DNA of 64,000 bases from an uncultured SAR86 cluster bacterium. GTDB taxonomy: Bacteria > Pseudomonadota > Gammaproteobacteria > Magnimaribacterales > D2472. Of the stretch, positions 30,897 through 40,018 are shown piece by piece. The DNA is taken from contig CABXXT010000001.1 of assembly GCA_902516285.1 (NCBI GenBank), forward strand, positions 35,655 to 99,654. The letters are read 5' to 3'. Both the position numbers and the translations under genes were made by a program. The notes below the pieces were generated by a model. That model was not told where the DNA came from. It made no database searches and was given only the letters and a program-made list of their open reading frames with translations. The first letter of the stretch is position 1, and each line of letters opens with the position of its first letter.

Positions 30897-31514
30897 ATGA
30901 AAGTAATTACTTCACAACAACAACGAGTATTAGATTGTATTCAAATTTACATAAATAAGACAGGTTTTCCGCCAACTAGAGCAAACATTTGTAAAGAGCT
31001 TGGTTTTAAATCACCGAATTCGGCAGAAACACATTTAAGAGCTCTAGAAAAAAAAGGCTTTATAGCAATTGAAAGTGGAGCCTCAAGAGGTATATCTATC
31101 ATTAATGATGAAAATTCTTATGGAAGTAAAGATAATTATCCTGTAATAGGTCTTGTTGCTGCTGGGTCCCCAACTCTTGCAGAAGAAAATATAGAAAGAA
31201 CTATTAATTGTCCTAAATCATTTTTTGAGTCTAAATTTGATTATTTTCTAAAAGTTAAAGGTCTTAGCATGAAAGATGCTGGAATAATGGAAGATGATTT
31301 AATTGCAGTAAAAAAAACAACTGATGTGAGAAATGGTGATATTGTTATTGCAAGAATCGATGATGAAGTAACAGTAAAGTTTTTTAATAAAAAATCAGCT
31401 AAATTAGTTGAACTCGAACCAGCAAATGAAGATTTCGAAACTATAAAAGTTAATTTAGAACGAGATGAGTTAAGTATTGAAGGAAAAAGTATTGGGCTCT
31501 TAAGAAGGAACTAA
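30897..31514 (+). CDS. lexA: SOS repressor LexA
   Basis: 205 aa. N-terminal wHTH (GFPPTRANICKELGFKSPNSAETHLRALEKKG), Ala-Gly cleavage site (VAAGSP), Ser (GLSM) and Lys (VTVKF). Confidence 0.96.
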   Translation: MKVITSQQQRVLDCIQIYINKTGFPPTRANICKELGFKSPNSAETHLRALEKKGFIAIESGASRGISIINDENSYGSKDNYPVIGLVAAGSPTLAEENIERTINCPKSFFESKFDYFLKVKGLSMKDAGIMEDDLIAVKKTTDVRNGDIVIARIDDEVTVKFFNKKSAKLVELEPANEDFETIKVNLERDELSIEGKSIGLLRRN

Positions 31515-31768
31515 TGAACTATAGTTTGCTTTTTTGAGAATTTATCTCTTTGTTTATCAAAAAATTCATCTAAATCACTAACATTACCGCTCACACTTTC
31601 TATACCTGCTCGAATCATCTCTTTTGCTACAGTTAATTCTTGACCTTGAAGAAAATCTTTTGATTCTTGTGAAAAGCATATTTTAACAATAGGATTTTTA
31701 TGATCATCTGATCTTCTTAATACAATACTTCCATCGGCTAGTTGTGCTAATTCTAAGTAGTTAGTCAT
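31511..31768 (-). CDS. hypothetical protein (85 aa)
   Basis: I place the start at ATG 31768 (MTNYLELAQLADGSIVLRR...), preceded by GGAGA at about -9. The ORF-track start at 31804 overlaps the upstream gene. No family recognised. Confidence 0.5.
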   Translation of the reverse strand: MTNYLELAQLADGSIVLRRSDDHKNPIVKICFSQESKDFLQGQELTVAKEMIRAGIESVSGNVSDLDEFFDKQRDKFSKKQTIVH

Positions 31769-31790
31769 TTTATCTCCATATAAATTTAGC

Positions 31791-32228
31791 TTAACACTCA
31801 TCAAGCATTTTGCGAAGCAACTCTTGGGTGTCTTTGTACTTATCTAATATTAAATTATATTTTTTCAAGTTATTTGGTTCATCTGTAACTATTAAATTAT
31901 CGTTATTAACGTTTACTAGTTTTTGTTTTGATTTTTCCATCATAACTAATAATCCATTGGGTTCGATTTCTTTTATAAAAATATTTTTTATTGTGTCGAT
32001 TTTTGATAATTGTAGCCATTTTTCTGAAAAACAAAATGTTTCAATATTTGGAATACCATTTATCAGAGTAGAATTTATCTCATCAGTAAAATATGAAATG
32101 CTTTTTTCAAGACATGTTATGAAAAGAAGTTGATTTTGGTTGTCTCTGACAGACCCTCCAAAATTAATTTTATTAAGAATTTCTTTTGATAAATCTAGGT
32201 ATAGGTTTGAAAGTTCTCTATTTTCCAC
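31791..32228 (-). CDS. hypothetical protein (145 aa)
   Basis: GTG start sharing one base with the topA stop (TAGTG). The long ORF has no internal alternative ATG near the N-terminus. No family recognised. Confidence 0.5.
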   Translation of the reverse strand: MENRELSNLYLDLSKEILNKINFGGSVRDNQNQLLFITCLEKSISYFTDEINSTLINGIPNIETFCFSEKWLQLSKIDTIKNIFIKEIEPNGLLVMMEKSKQKLVNVNNDNLIVTDEPNNLKKYNLILDKYKDTQELLRKMLDEC

Positions 32229-34837
32229 TAATCTTTTTTATTTTGTTTCCATTCACCATCAGAAAATACTGCCGTCCATTTAGTTTTCTTTCCATCTTTT
32301 TCAGAAGCAACATAATGAATGTCATCAGTTCTGTTATATCTAATCACATACTCATTACCATCTATATCTTTTTCAGGTGCACTGAGAAGATATGTATGTT
32401 TATCTTTGTTTGGTAGAAAGCGACATGCCTCATTAATTTCAAGATTAAGTTTATTTATCTCATGAACCTTAGGTGCCCTCGTCTCTCTATTTTTTGGATA
32501 TTGACTTGCAGCTAAAAATAAACCCTTCATGCTATCACGCAATAAATAATGATCTTCACATTTAACACATTTTAAATTTTTTAGTTCAATAGGCTCCATT
32601 GTGATTGGTTTGGGTTCTCCGTTTCTTTGTAAGGCTCTTGTGGCTCCACAGTTATCATTCAAACAACCAAAATATTTTCCAAACCTGCCTGTTTTAAGCT
32701 GCATTTCAGAACCACATTTATGACATTCAAGAGTTGGGCCGTCATAACCTTTTATTTTAAATTGGCCCTCTTCAATCAAATAGCCGTCACAATCTGGATT
32801 TTTTCCACATACATGAAGTTTACGATTTTCATCAATAAGATAATTATCCATGCTTGTTCCACATTTTGGACATCTTTTTTTTATTAGAAGGTTTGTAGCC
32901 TCCTCACTATCATCAACACTAATTGCTTCGTCACCAGACACTAAATTGAGTGTTTCTTTACATTTATCATCTCCAGTATTCTGATATCCAGAACATCCCA
33001 AAAAAACTCCATTTGATGAATTTCTAATAACCATATTTGTTTTACCACATCGACAGATAATGTCTGTATTTGTAGGTTGGTTACCTCTCATTCCATTTTC
33101 TTCTGAGGCAGAAACTAAATCTTTTTGGAAACTATTATAAAAATCATCCAAAACATTTCTCCAATTTAATTCACCTCTAGCGACACAATCTAAATTATTT
33201 TCAAGATTAGCGGTAAATTCATAATCCATAATGTCATCAAAACTTTCAATTAATCTTTCAGCAACAATATGACCAATTTTTTTAACAAAAAATCTTCTAT
33301 TTTGAATTTCAACATACCCTCTATCTTGAATAGTAGAAATTATGTTTGCATACGTGGATGGTCTCCCTATGCCCTTCTTTTCAAGTTCTTTTACTAAAGC
33401 AGCTTCAGAGAATCTTGCTGGTGGTTTTGTAAATTTTTGATCGAGATTTACTTCATTTAATGTAAGTATTTCTCCTTCTTGTAATGGCGGTAAAATATCA
33501 TCATCAGATTTTAAAGGTTGCGATATTTTTGTATATCCGTCGAAAACAATTTCTCTTCCTTTTGCTGTAAATGTATATTCACCCATATTAATTTTGGCTG
33601 AGGTCGATAAATATTCAGCATCTGGCATTTGAGATGATATATATTGTTGCCATATTAGTTGGTAAAGCCTTTTCTCCTCTTCAGTATGATTCATAAGATC
33701 GTCTGCAGTAAGGTAAGCATTTGTTGGTCTTACAGCTTCATGAGCTTCTTGAGCATTCTCAGTGCTTGAATAAATTCTGGGGGCATTAGTTAAGTATTTT
33801 TCGCCAACCCTCTCTCCAATGAAATTTCTAGCATCCTGAATAGACTCTTTGCTTAAACTTGGAGCATCAGTCCTCATGTAAGTAATATGTCCAGCCTCAT
33901 AAAGCTTCTGAGCAACTCTCATTGTTCTTTTAACTGTAAAGCTTAATTTTGTACTCGCAGCCTGCTGAAGTGTAGATGTAATAAAAGGTGCTCTAGGTTT
34001 TGTTTTGACAGGTTTTTTTATAATTTCATCTATAGATATTACTGAACTTTTGATAAGATCTTGTATCCTAATGGCTTCTTCTTTCTTTAATAATGGTTGG
34101 GACTTTTTTCTATTAAGTAAAAAGGGAATACTTAAATCATCTTTATTAAGAACCATTGAAACCTCCCAAAACTCTTCTGGAATAAATTCTTGGATTAACC
34201 TTTCTCTTTCATCTAAAAGTCTCAAAGCAACAGATTGAACTCTTCCCGCAGAAAGACCTCTTGCAATTTTCTTCCACAGCAAAGGTGAAAGCTCGAACCC
34301 TATAACTTTGTCAAGAAACCTTCTTGCTCTGTAAGCTTTTACTAAATCTAAATCTATCTCTTTTGGATCCTCAAAAGAATCTATGATTGCTGACTTTGTA
34401 ATTTGATTAAATCTAACTCTTGAATACTCATATTTTTCAGGTCCAAGTGCCTCTTTAAGATGCCATGCTATTGCTTCACCCTCTCGATCAAGGTCAGTTG
34501 CAAGATATATATGGTCGACTCCTTTTGCAGATTTTTTTAAAGACTTTATTACTTTTTCTTTCTCAGGAATTATTTGCCAATCAGCCTTCCAGCCATTGTC
34601 TGGATCAATACCCATTCTTCTAATTAGTCTGTTTCTATCATTAATAGTTTTAAGTCTGATTTTCTCTTCAGGTGATAAATCTTTCGGAATTGATGCTCTT
34701 TTAGTATTTGGCGAAGCTTTTTTTGGAAGATCTCTTATGTGTCCAACACTTGATTCAACAATATATTCTGATCCAAGATATTTTGAAATAGTCTTAGCTT
34801 TTGCTGGTGATTCTACTATTACTAAAGATTTAGCCAT
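32228..34837 (-). CDS. topA: DNA topoisomerase I (TopA)
   Basis: 869 aa. Toprim N-terminus (VIVESPAKAKTI), active-site Tyr context GHITYMRTDA and several C-terminal CxxC zinc-ribbon repeats. Confidence 0.97.
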   Translation of the reverse strand: MAKSLVIVESPAKAKTISKYLGSEYIVESSVGHIRDLPKKASPNTKRASIPKDLSPEEKIRLKTINDRNRLIRRMGIDPDNGWKADWQIIPEKEKVIKSLKKSAKGVDHIYLATDLDREGEAIAWHLKEALGPEKYEYSRVRFNQITKSAIIDSFEDPKEIDLDLVKAYRARRFLDKVIGFELSPLLWKKIARGLSAGRVQSVALRLLDERERLIQEFIPEEFWEVSMVLNKDDLSIPFLLNRKKSQPLLKKEEAIRIQDLIKSSVISIDEIIKKPVKTKPRAPFITSTLQQAASTKLSFTVKRTMRVAQKLYEAGHITYMRTDAPSLSKESIQDARNFIGERVGEKYLTNAPRIYSSTENAQEAHEAVRPTNAYLTADDLMNHTEEEKRLYQLIWQQYISSQMPDAEYLSTSAKINMGEYTFTAKGREIVFDGYTKISQPLKSDDDILPPLQEGEILTLNEVNLDQKFTKPPARFSEAALVKELEKKGIGRPSTYANIISTIQDRGYVEIQNRRFFVKKIGHIVAERLIESFDDIMDYEFTANLENNLDCVARGELNWRNVLDDFYNSFQKDLVSASEENGMRGNQPTNTDIICRCGKTNMVIRNSSNGVFLGCSGYQNTGDDKCKETLNLVSGDEAISVDDSEEATNLLIKKRCPKCGTSMDNYLIDENRKLHVCGKNPDCDGYLIEEGQFKIKGYDGPTLECHKCGSEMQLKTGRFGKYFGCLNDNCGATRALQRNGEPKPITMEPIELKNLKCVKCEDHYLLRDSMKGLFLAASQYPKNRETRAPKVHEINKLNLEINEACRFLPNKDKHTYLLSAPEKDIDGNEYVIRYNRTDDIHYVASEKDGKKTKWTAVFSDGEWKQNKKD

Positions 34838-34906
34838 TATTAATATTTTTGTTCCTTTTTTATGAATATCATTAATTGGGTAGTATTTGCAAGATAAATT
34901 TTTAAA

Positions 34907-35347
34907 TTATTTTATTTGGTTCAATTTATCAATAATTAATTTTAATTCGCTGATTTCATCAATTTCATTCCAAGTAAACTTAATATTCTTTTCTGTAAAA
35001 ATTATTTCATTGATACTTTCTGAGACTTTTTCAATTTGCAAATTAATATTTACAAATTTATCAGAGTACTTAAATTTGACAGGAGAATACAACAATAATT
35101 TGCCTTTGTCTCTAACATAGTGTGCTTCTTTCAATTCTGATTTATTTTTAATCTGATAGTAGACTTCATCTTTATTGTAATTTTTAAAGTCATTTGATCC
35201 ATAAAGTGCAGAGGTAATGTTTGCACCAAGCTTCCTAGCTTCCATTCTCAATTTAGATATTTTTTGCGATTTTTTTGATGGTATTGCTAGTGAGACTGAA
35301 CCAATTAAAAAAAGTAATGCCAAAAAAAAGACAAGATACTCAATCAT
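34907..35347 (-). CDS. hypothetical membrane-anchored protein (146 aa)
   Basis: Single N-terminal TM helix (YLVFFLALLFLIGSVSLAI) then a Lys-rich soluble part. Packed 1 nt after pyrD. No family recognised. Confidence 0.5.
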   Translation of the reverse strand: MIEYLVFFLALLFLIGSVSLAIPSKKSQKISKLRMEARKLGANITSALYGSNDFKNYNKDEVYYQIKNKSELKEAHYVRDKGKLLLYSPVKFKYSDKFVNINLQIEKVSESINEIIFTEKNIKFTWNEIDEISELKLIIDKLNQIK

Positions 35348-35348
35348 T

Positions 35349-36338
35349 TCAAATACTCAAAATTTCTTGAATAATTTTTGGTCCTTTTATTACAAAACCA
35401 GTATATATTTGAACTAATCCAGCCCCAGCATTAACTTTTGCATTAAAATCTTGTTTTGAGATTACTCCTCCAACACCAATTATTGGAATGCTTTTTGACA
35501 GAGAGCTTATATATGATATTTTTTCAGTGCTCCTTTTCATTAATGGTGCTCCTGAAACTCCACCTTCAATTGTTTTAAAATTATCTTGCATTAGATTTGA
35601 TTTATCGATGGATGTATTAGTTGCAATAATTCCAGTTATAGATGAGTCATTAATTAACTTTAAAATATTTCTTACACTTTCGTTATTTTCATCAGGAGAT
35701 ATTTTGATAAAAATTGGTTTAGAAATATTTAAATCTTTAGATTTTGTATTAATCTTTTCAAGAAGCTCTTTTAAATAATCTTCTTTATGCAAATCCCTTA
35801 AATTTGGAGTATTTGGAGAAGAAATATTGATCGTTACATAGTCTGCATGCTCATGAACTTTCTCCAAGCAAATTAAATAATCTTTAATTCTCTTTTCACC
35901 TACTGATTGTTTATTAGCTCCTATGTTTACACCAACAACTCCATCATATTTTCTTTTCTTTAAATTTTTGACAAGATAATCAACTCCTTTATTGTTAAAC
36001 CCCAAGCTATTTATAATAGAGTTTTCTTTAAAATTTCTATGAACCCTGGGTTTATTATTACCTTGTTGAGAGACTGGGGTAACGGTTCCTACTTCCAAAA
36101 AACCAAAACCCAAGCTACCTAAGCAATCTATAAAATCGCCATTTTTGTCCAACCCGGCTGCTGTACCAAGCCTGTTTTTAAATTTGATATTTGCAAATGT
36201 AATGATTTCATCTTTTGATATTTTTTTAAAAAAAATATTAAGTAAATTAATTTTATATAAAAAATTTAGAGAGTTTAATGAAATAGAATGTGCTGCTTCT
36301 GGTGGAAAAATTTTTATAACTTTAAGAAAAAAATTCAA
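35349..36338 (-). CDS. pyrD: dihydroorotate dehydrogenase (quinone), class 2 (PyrD)
   Basis: 329 aa. N-terminal membrane-association extension, FMN-barrel motifs (GLDKNG, NISSPNTPNLR with the class-2 Ser base, GVGGV). Confidence 0.93.
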   Translation of the reverse strand: MNFFLKVIKIFPPEAAHSISLNSLNFLYKINLLNIFFKKISKDEIITFANIKFKNRLGTAAGLDKNGDFIDCLGSLGFGFLEVGTVTPVSQQGNNKPRVHRNFKENSIINSLGFNNKGVDYLVKNLKKRKYDGVVGVNIGANKQSVGEKRIKDYLICLEKVHEHADYVTINISSPNTPNLRDLHKEDYLKELLEKINTKSKDLNISKPIFIKISPDENNESVRNILKLINDSSITGIIATNTSIDKSNLMQDNFKTIEGGVSGAPLMKRSTEKISYISSLSKSIPIIGVGGVISKQDFNAKVNAGAGLVQIYTGFVIKGPKIIQEILSI

Positions 36339-37198
36339 ATAATATCCTTAATTATTTCTTTGATCTTTTGGTTTATTGCTTTATCTTTCAATGCAAGCGC
36401 AATGGTAGCATGAACAAATCCTTCTTTACTACCACAATCAAATTTCTGACCATCATATATATATCCAAATACTTCTTCATCTTCGATTTGAAGTTTTATT
36501 GCGTTAGTTAATTGAATTTCATTAGATGAATCACATTTTACTTTTTTTAAATACTTAAATATTGATGGTGTAAAAACGTATCTTCCTAGTACTGCAATAT
36601 CTGACGGTGCATTTTTTGCTAATGGTTTTTCAACCATATCACTTATTTGAATTATTTTATTATTTATTATTCCTGGTTTAATCACACCATATTTATGAAT
36701 ATTGGCTTTATCTACTTTATTTAATCCTATGACCGTGCTGTCTGTTTTTTTATTGAGCGTTATTATTTGATTTAAACATGCTTTTTTTGATAAAAATAAA
36801 TCATCCGGTAGCATAACCACAAACGATTCATTCTTTATGTATTTTTCAGCTTGCAATACTGCATCACCTAGACCTTTTTGGGATTTTTGATTAACATATT
36901 TAAAGGTTATTTTTTCGAATATCTTGGGATTAAGTTTTTCTACAAAATTATTCTTACCAGATTTGATGAGTCTAGATTCGATTTTTTTGTTCTTTTTAAA
37001 ATGTTTTTCTATTGAATTTTTTTCATTGCTAGTTATGAATATAATTTCATTAATGCCTTCTTTAATTGCCTCCTCCACAGCATATTGAACAAGGGGTTTA
37101 TCTATGATGGGTAGCATTTCTTTTGGGGTTGCTTTTGAAGCTGGAAGAAATCTAGTTCCAAGTCCTGCAACAGGCAATACTGCTTTTTTAATCATCAT
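36335..37198 (-). CDS. galU: UTP-glucose-1-phosphate uridylyltransferase (GalU)
   Basis: 287 aa. N-terminal signature AVLPVAGLGTRFLPASKATPKEMLP. Confidence 0.93.
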   Translation of the reverse strand: MMIKKAVLPVAGLGTRFLPASKATPKEMLPIIDKPLVQYAVEEAIKEGINEIIFITSNEKNSIEKHFKKNKKIESRLIKSGKNNFVEKLNPKIFEKITFKYVNQKSQKGLGDAVLQAEKYIKNESFVVMLPDDLFLSKKACLNQIITLNKKTDSTVIGLNKVDKANIHKYGVIKPGIINNKIIQISDMVEKPLAKNAPSDIAVLGRYVFTPSIFKYLKKVKCDSSNEIQLTNAIKLQIEDEEVFGYIYDGQKFDCGSKEGFVHATIALALKDKAINQKIKEIIKDII

Positions 37199-37827
37199 TT
37201 ACCTATTAAGCTTAAATTTATAAATTTATATATTATAGCAAAAGCAATTCCTGAAACTAATCCACCAAGATGAGCAAAATTTGCTACTGAACCAAATCCA
37301 AATAGATCCAAAAGCCCTAAAAAGCCAAGCACCATCCAAATAATCATAAAAAGATATAAAGCAGGAGGAATTTCATATCTCTGATAAACTGAATCCATTT
37401 CGTTAATCATACAGTATCCTATTAGACCATAAATGACTCCTGAGAGTCCTCCAAATAAATTTGAACTTACCCAGTAAAACTGAAGAAAATTACTTGAAAT
37501 TGAAGAGAATAAAACAAGTGTTATAAATATTAATTTTCCATCAATTTTTTCAATTTGCTGACCAAGTATGTAAATCCACAAGGAATTAAAAGCAAGGTGA
37601 GCAATAGAAAAATGCAGAAACATCGGAGTTACTAAACGCCACCACTGATTTTGATTAAAAAATGTTTCATTAAATGTTGATATTGAAACATACCCAAGAT
37701 TTGAAATATTTATTTTTGTGTATGTGAATGGCTCAATTATTGAAATAACTGAGCCGAAGTTAGAAATAACACTCAAGAGTGCCGCTAGAGTTATAATTGG
37801 AATATATATAGTACTAAATATTTTCAA
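37195..37827 (-). CDS. rhomboid-family intramembrane serine protease
   Basis: 210 aa, about 6 TM helices. WRLVTPMFLH motif, catalytic Ser in GGLSGVIYG and His in FAHLGG. Confidence 0.8.
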   Translation of the reverse strand: MKIFSTIYIPIITLAALLSVISNFGSVISIIEPFTYTKINISNLGYVSISTFNETFFNQNQWWRLVTPMFLHFSIAHLAFNSLWIYILGQQIEKIDGKLIFITLVLFSSISSNFLQFYWVSSNLFGGLSGVIYGLIGYCMINEMDSVYQRYEIPPALYLFMIIWMVLGFLGLLDLFGFGSVANFAHLGGLVSGIAFAIIYKFINLSLIGK

Positions 37828-37828
37828 T

Positions 37829-38692
37829 TTAATTGTTTGAAATATTTAGACTCCAGCCAAGCTTTTCTCTACAAGCTTCAAAAAAATCATTACTTTTTGG
37901 ATGAACCAATTTCAGCGTTTTTTCCATTTTTGAAATTGAAATATCTTCTTTATAAGAGAGATTTATGTCTGCTTGACCATCAACACAAATTTTTGCTTCA
38001 TCTGATGGTCCCTCAAATAATTTGATGTCAACCTTTTCGTCAGATGAAATTACAAAAGGTCTTGAAGATAAACTTTGAGGAAGCATTGGAAGAATTGTCC
38101 AAACGTCTAAACTTGGATGTATTATTGGTCCTCCAGCAGAGAGTGCATATGCTGTCGATCCAGTTGGAGTTGCCACTATAAGCCCATCAGATCTTTGTTC
38201 GTAAACAATTTTATCATTCACGCTTAATCTATATCTCATCAATTGAGCGTATGAGCCTGAGTGAATTACAATTTCGTTTAAACCAAATAAATGGTTTTTA
38301 CCAAATGTTGCAGAAACAAGATTCCTTTCTTCTATTATGTATTCATTATTAAAAATTTCATTTATTGCATGTTCAAAGTTATCAACTGCGATATCGGTTA
38401 AAAAACCAACATTGCCCATATTGACTCCAAGAATAGGAATTTCGTGATCCAAATATTGTCTTGCTGAGTTTAGCAAGGTTCCATCTCCACCAAAAACAAT
38501 TATGAGATCGACTTTATTCACGAAAGATTGCTTATCTATTTTTAGAATTGAATCGTTCTCATAATCCTGAGATTCTTCAATAAATAAATCCACCTTCTTC
38601 TCAGATAGATACGTAATCATTAAATCAAAACTTTTAATATCAATATTTTGATTATTTTTCTTCTTTATGAAGATGCCAATATTTTTAAACAT
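37829..38692 (-). CDS. nadK: NAD kinase (NadK)
   Basis: 287 aa. GGDGTLL motif and NE/TPTGSTAY motifs. Confidence 0.92.
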   Translation of the reverse strand: MFKNIGIFIKKKNNQNIDIKSFDLMITYLSEKKVDLFIEESQDYENDSILKIDKQSFVNKVDLIIVFGGDGTLLNSARQYLDHEIPILGVNMGNVGFLTDIAVDNFEHAINEIFNNEYIIEERNLVSATFGKNHLFGLNEIVIHSGSYAQLMRYRLSVNDKIVYEQRSDGLIVATPTGSTAYALSAGGPIIHPSLDVWTILPMLPQSLSSRPFVISSDEKVDIKLFEGPSDEAKICVDGQADINLSYKEDISISKMEKTLKLVHPKSNDFFEACREKLGWSLNISNN

Positions 38693-38818
38693 GTCGAAAA
38701 TTATACTCTTTGTATTGATTTTATATAAAAAAGCCTCTTATTTTATACTGTAAAAAAACTCGAAAAAATAAAATAAGTGCATATAATATTCGAGAAAACA
38801 TTAAAATCCATAAAAATT

Positions 38819-40012
38819 ATGAGTAATTTAGATAAATTTAGAGAAGAAACTAAGAGTTGGCTAGATAAGAATTGTCCTCCTTCCATGAGATCTGGTGCAG
38901 ATCCAACTATTCCTGTTGATGAAGTTTGGGGAGGTAGAAAAGCCTCTTACAAGAATCCTGAGTCTAAATTATGGCTTGAAAGAATGGGTGCTAAGGGTTG
39001 GACTATGCCTACGGTATCTAAAGAGTACGGTGGTGGTGGTTTATCCAAAGATGAAGTCAAAATACTTAATGAAGAGATGTTCTTTATAGGTGCAAAACAA
39101 CCATTATTGAGCTTTGGAATATGGATGCTTGCTCCTGTTTTACTAGAGTACGGAACTGAAGCTCAGAAAAAAGAGCACATCCCTAAAATAATCAAAGGTG
39201 AAATCAGATGGTGCCAAGGTTATTCTGAACCAGGTTCAGGTTCTGACTTAGCTAGTTTAGCAACAAAGGCTGAGGATGTAGGTGAATCGTTCATGGTTAA
39301 TGGCCAAAAAGTATGGACATCATATGCTGACAAAGCAGATTGGATTTTTGCTTTGGTTAGAACAGGTCCAAAAGAACCAAAGCATGATGGTATAAGTTTT
39401 TTACTAATAGATATGGAAACCAAAGGTGTTTCTACAAAACCAATTACCTTAATATCAGGCAAATCACCATTTTGTGAAACCTTTTTTGATAATGTTGAAG
39501 TTCCTAAAGATAATTTAATAGGAGAGTTAAATGCTGGATGGACAATTGCAAAAAAACTGCTTCAGCATGAGAGAGCTTTTATCTCTAATTTTGGTCTTGC
39601 TGCTGGTATGGGTAGCAAAAGAGATATTGTTTCAATAGCCAAAAAGCACTTAGGTGAAGATGCCGGAAGGATTGGAAACAACTTTTTTAGATCAGAAATT
39701 GCTTCTCATAAAATAAAAGAACACGCTTTTGGATTGACTTTAAAAAGAGCGGGTGACGAAGGCGGCAAAGCAAGTGCTACAGCTTCAATGTTTAAACTTT
39801 ATGGAACAGAACACAACAAAAAAAGACATGAACTTATGGTAGCTGCATCGGGTGTTGATGGTATTGCATGGGATGGTGATGAGTTTGACAAAGAAGATAA
39901 AAACCTCACAAGGGCTTGGCTAAGAACTAAAGGTAATTCACTCGAGGGTGGAAGTTCTGAAGTTCAGCTCAATGTAATTTCAAAGAGAGTATTAGGCCTA
40001 CCAACTCAATAA
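38819..40012 (+). CDS. acyl-CoA dehydrogenase family protein (pair 1, putative catalytic alpha subunit)
   Basis: Start placed at ATG 38819 (MSNLDKFREE...). ACAD motifs WCQGYSEPGSGSDLASL and NGQKVWTS. Glu in ...LLQHERAF... at the IVD/LCAD base position by eye, and Glu in ...SLEGGSSEVQ... at the MCAD position. Confidence 0.85.
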   Translation: MSNLDKFREETKSWLDKNCPPSMRSGADPTIPVDEVWGGRKASYKNPESKLWLERMGAKGWTMPTVSKEYGGGGLSKDEVKILNEEMFFIGAKQPLLSFGIWMLAPVLLEYGTEAQKKEHIPKIIKGEIRWCQGYSEPGSGSDLASLATKAEDVGESFMVNGQKVWTSYADKADWIFALVRTGPKEPKHDGISFLLIDMETKGVSTKPITLISGKSPFCETFFDNVEVPKDNLIGELNAGWTIAKKLLQHERAFISNFGLAAGMGSKRDIVSIAKKHLGEDAGRIGNNFFRSEIASHKIKEHAFGLTLKRAGDEGGKASATASMFKLYGTEHNKKRHELMVAASGVDGIAWDGDEFDKEDKNLTRAWLRTKGNSLEGGSSEVQLNVISKRVLGLPTQ

Positions 40013-40018
40013 TTTCTT

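Noticed and set aside
38759-38794. 6-bp inverted repeat CTCGAA...TTCGAG and a repeated TTATACT upstream of the first ACAD pair, as a possible operator or half SOS box
   Set aside because: The arms are short and the spacer long (24 nt). The TACTGT half-site has no CAG partner at N10, so it is not distinguishable from chance.
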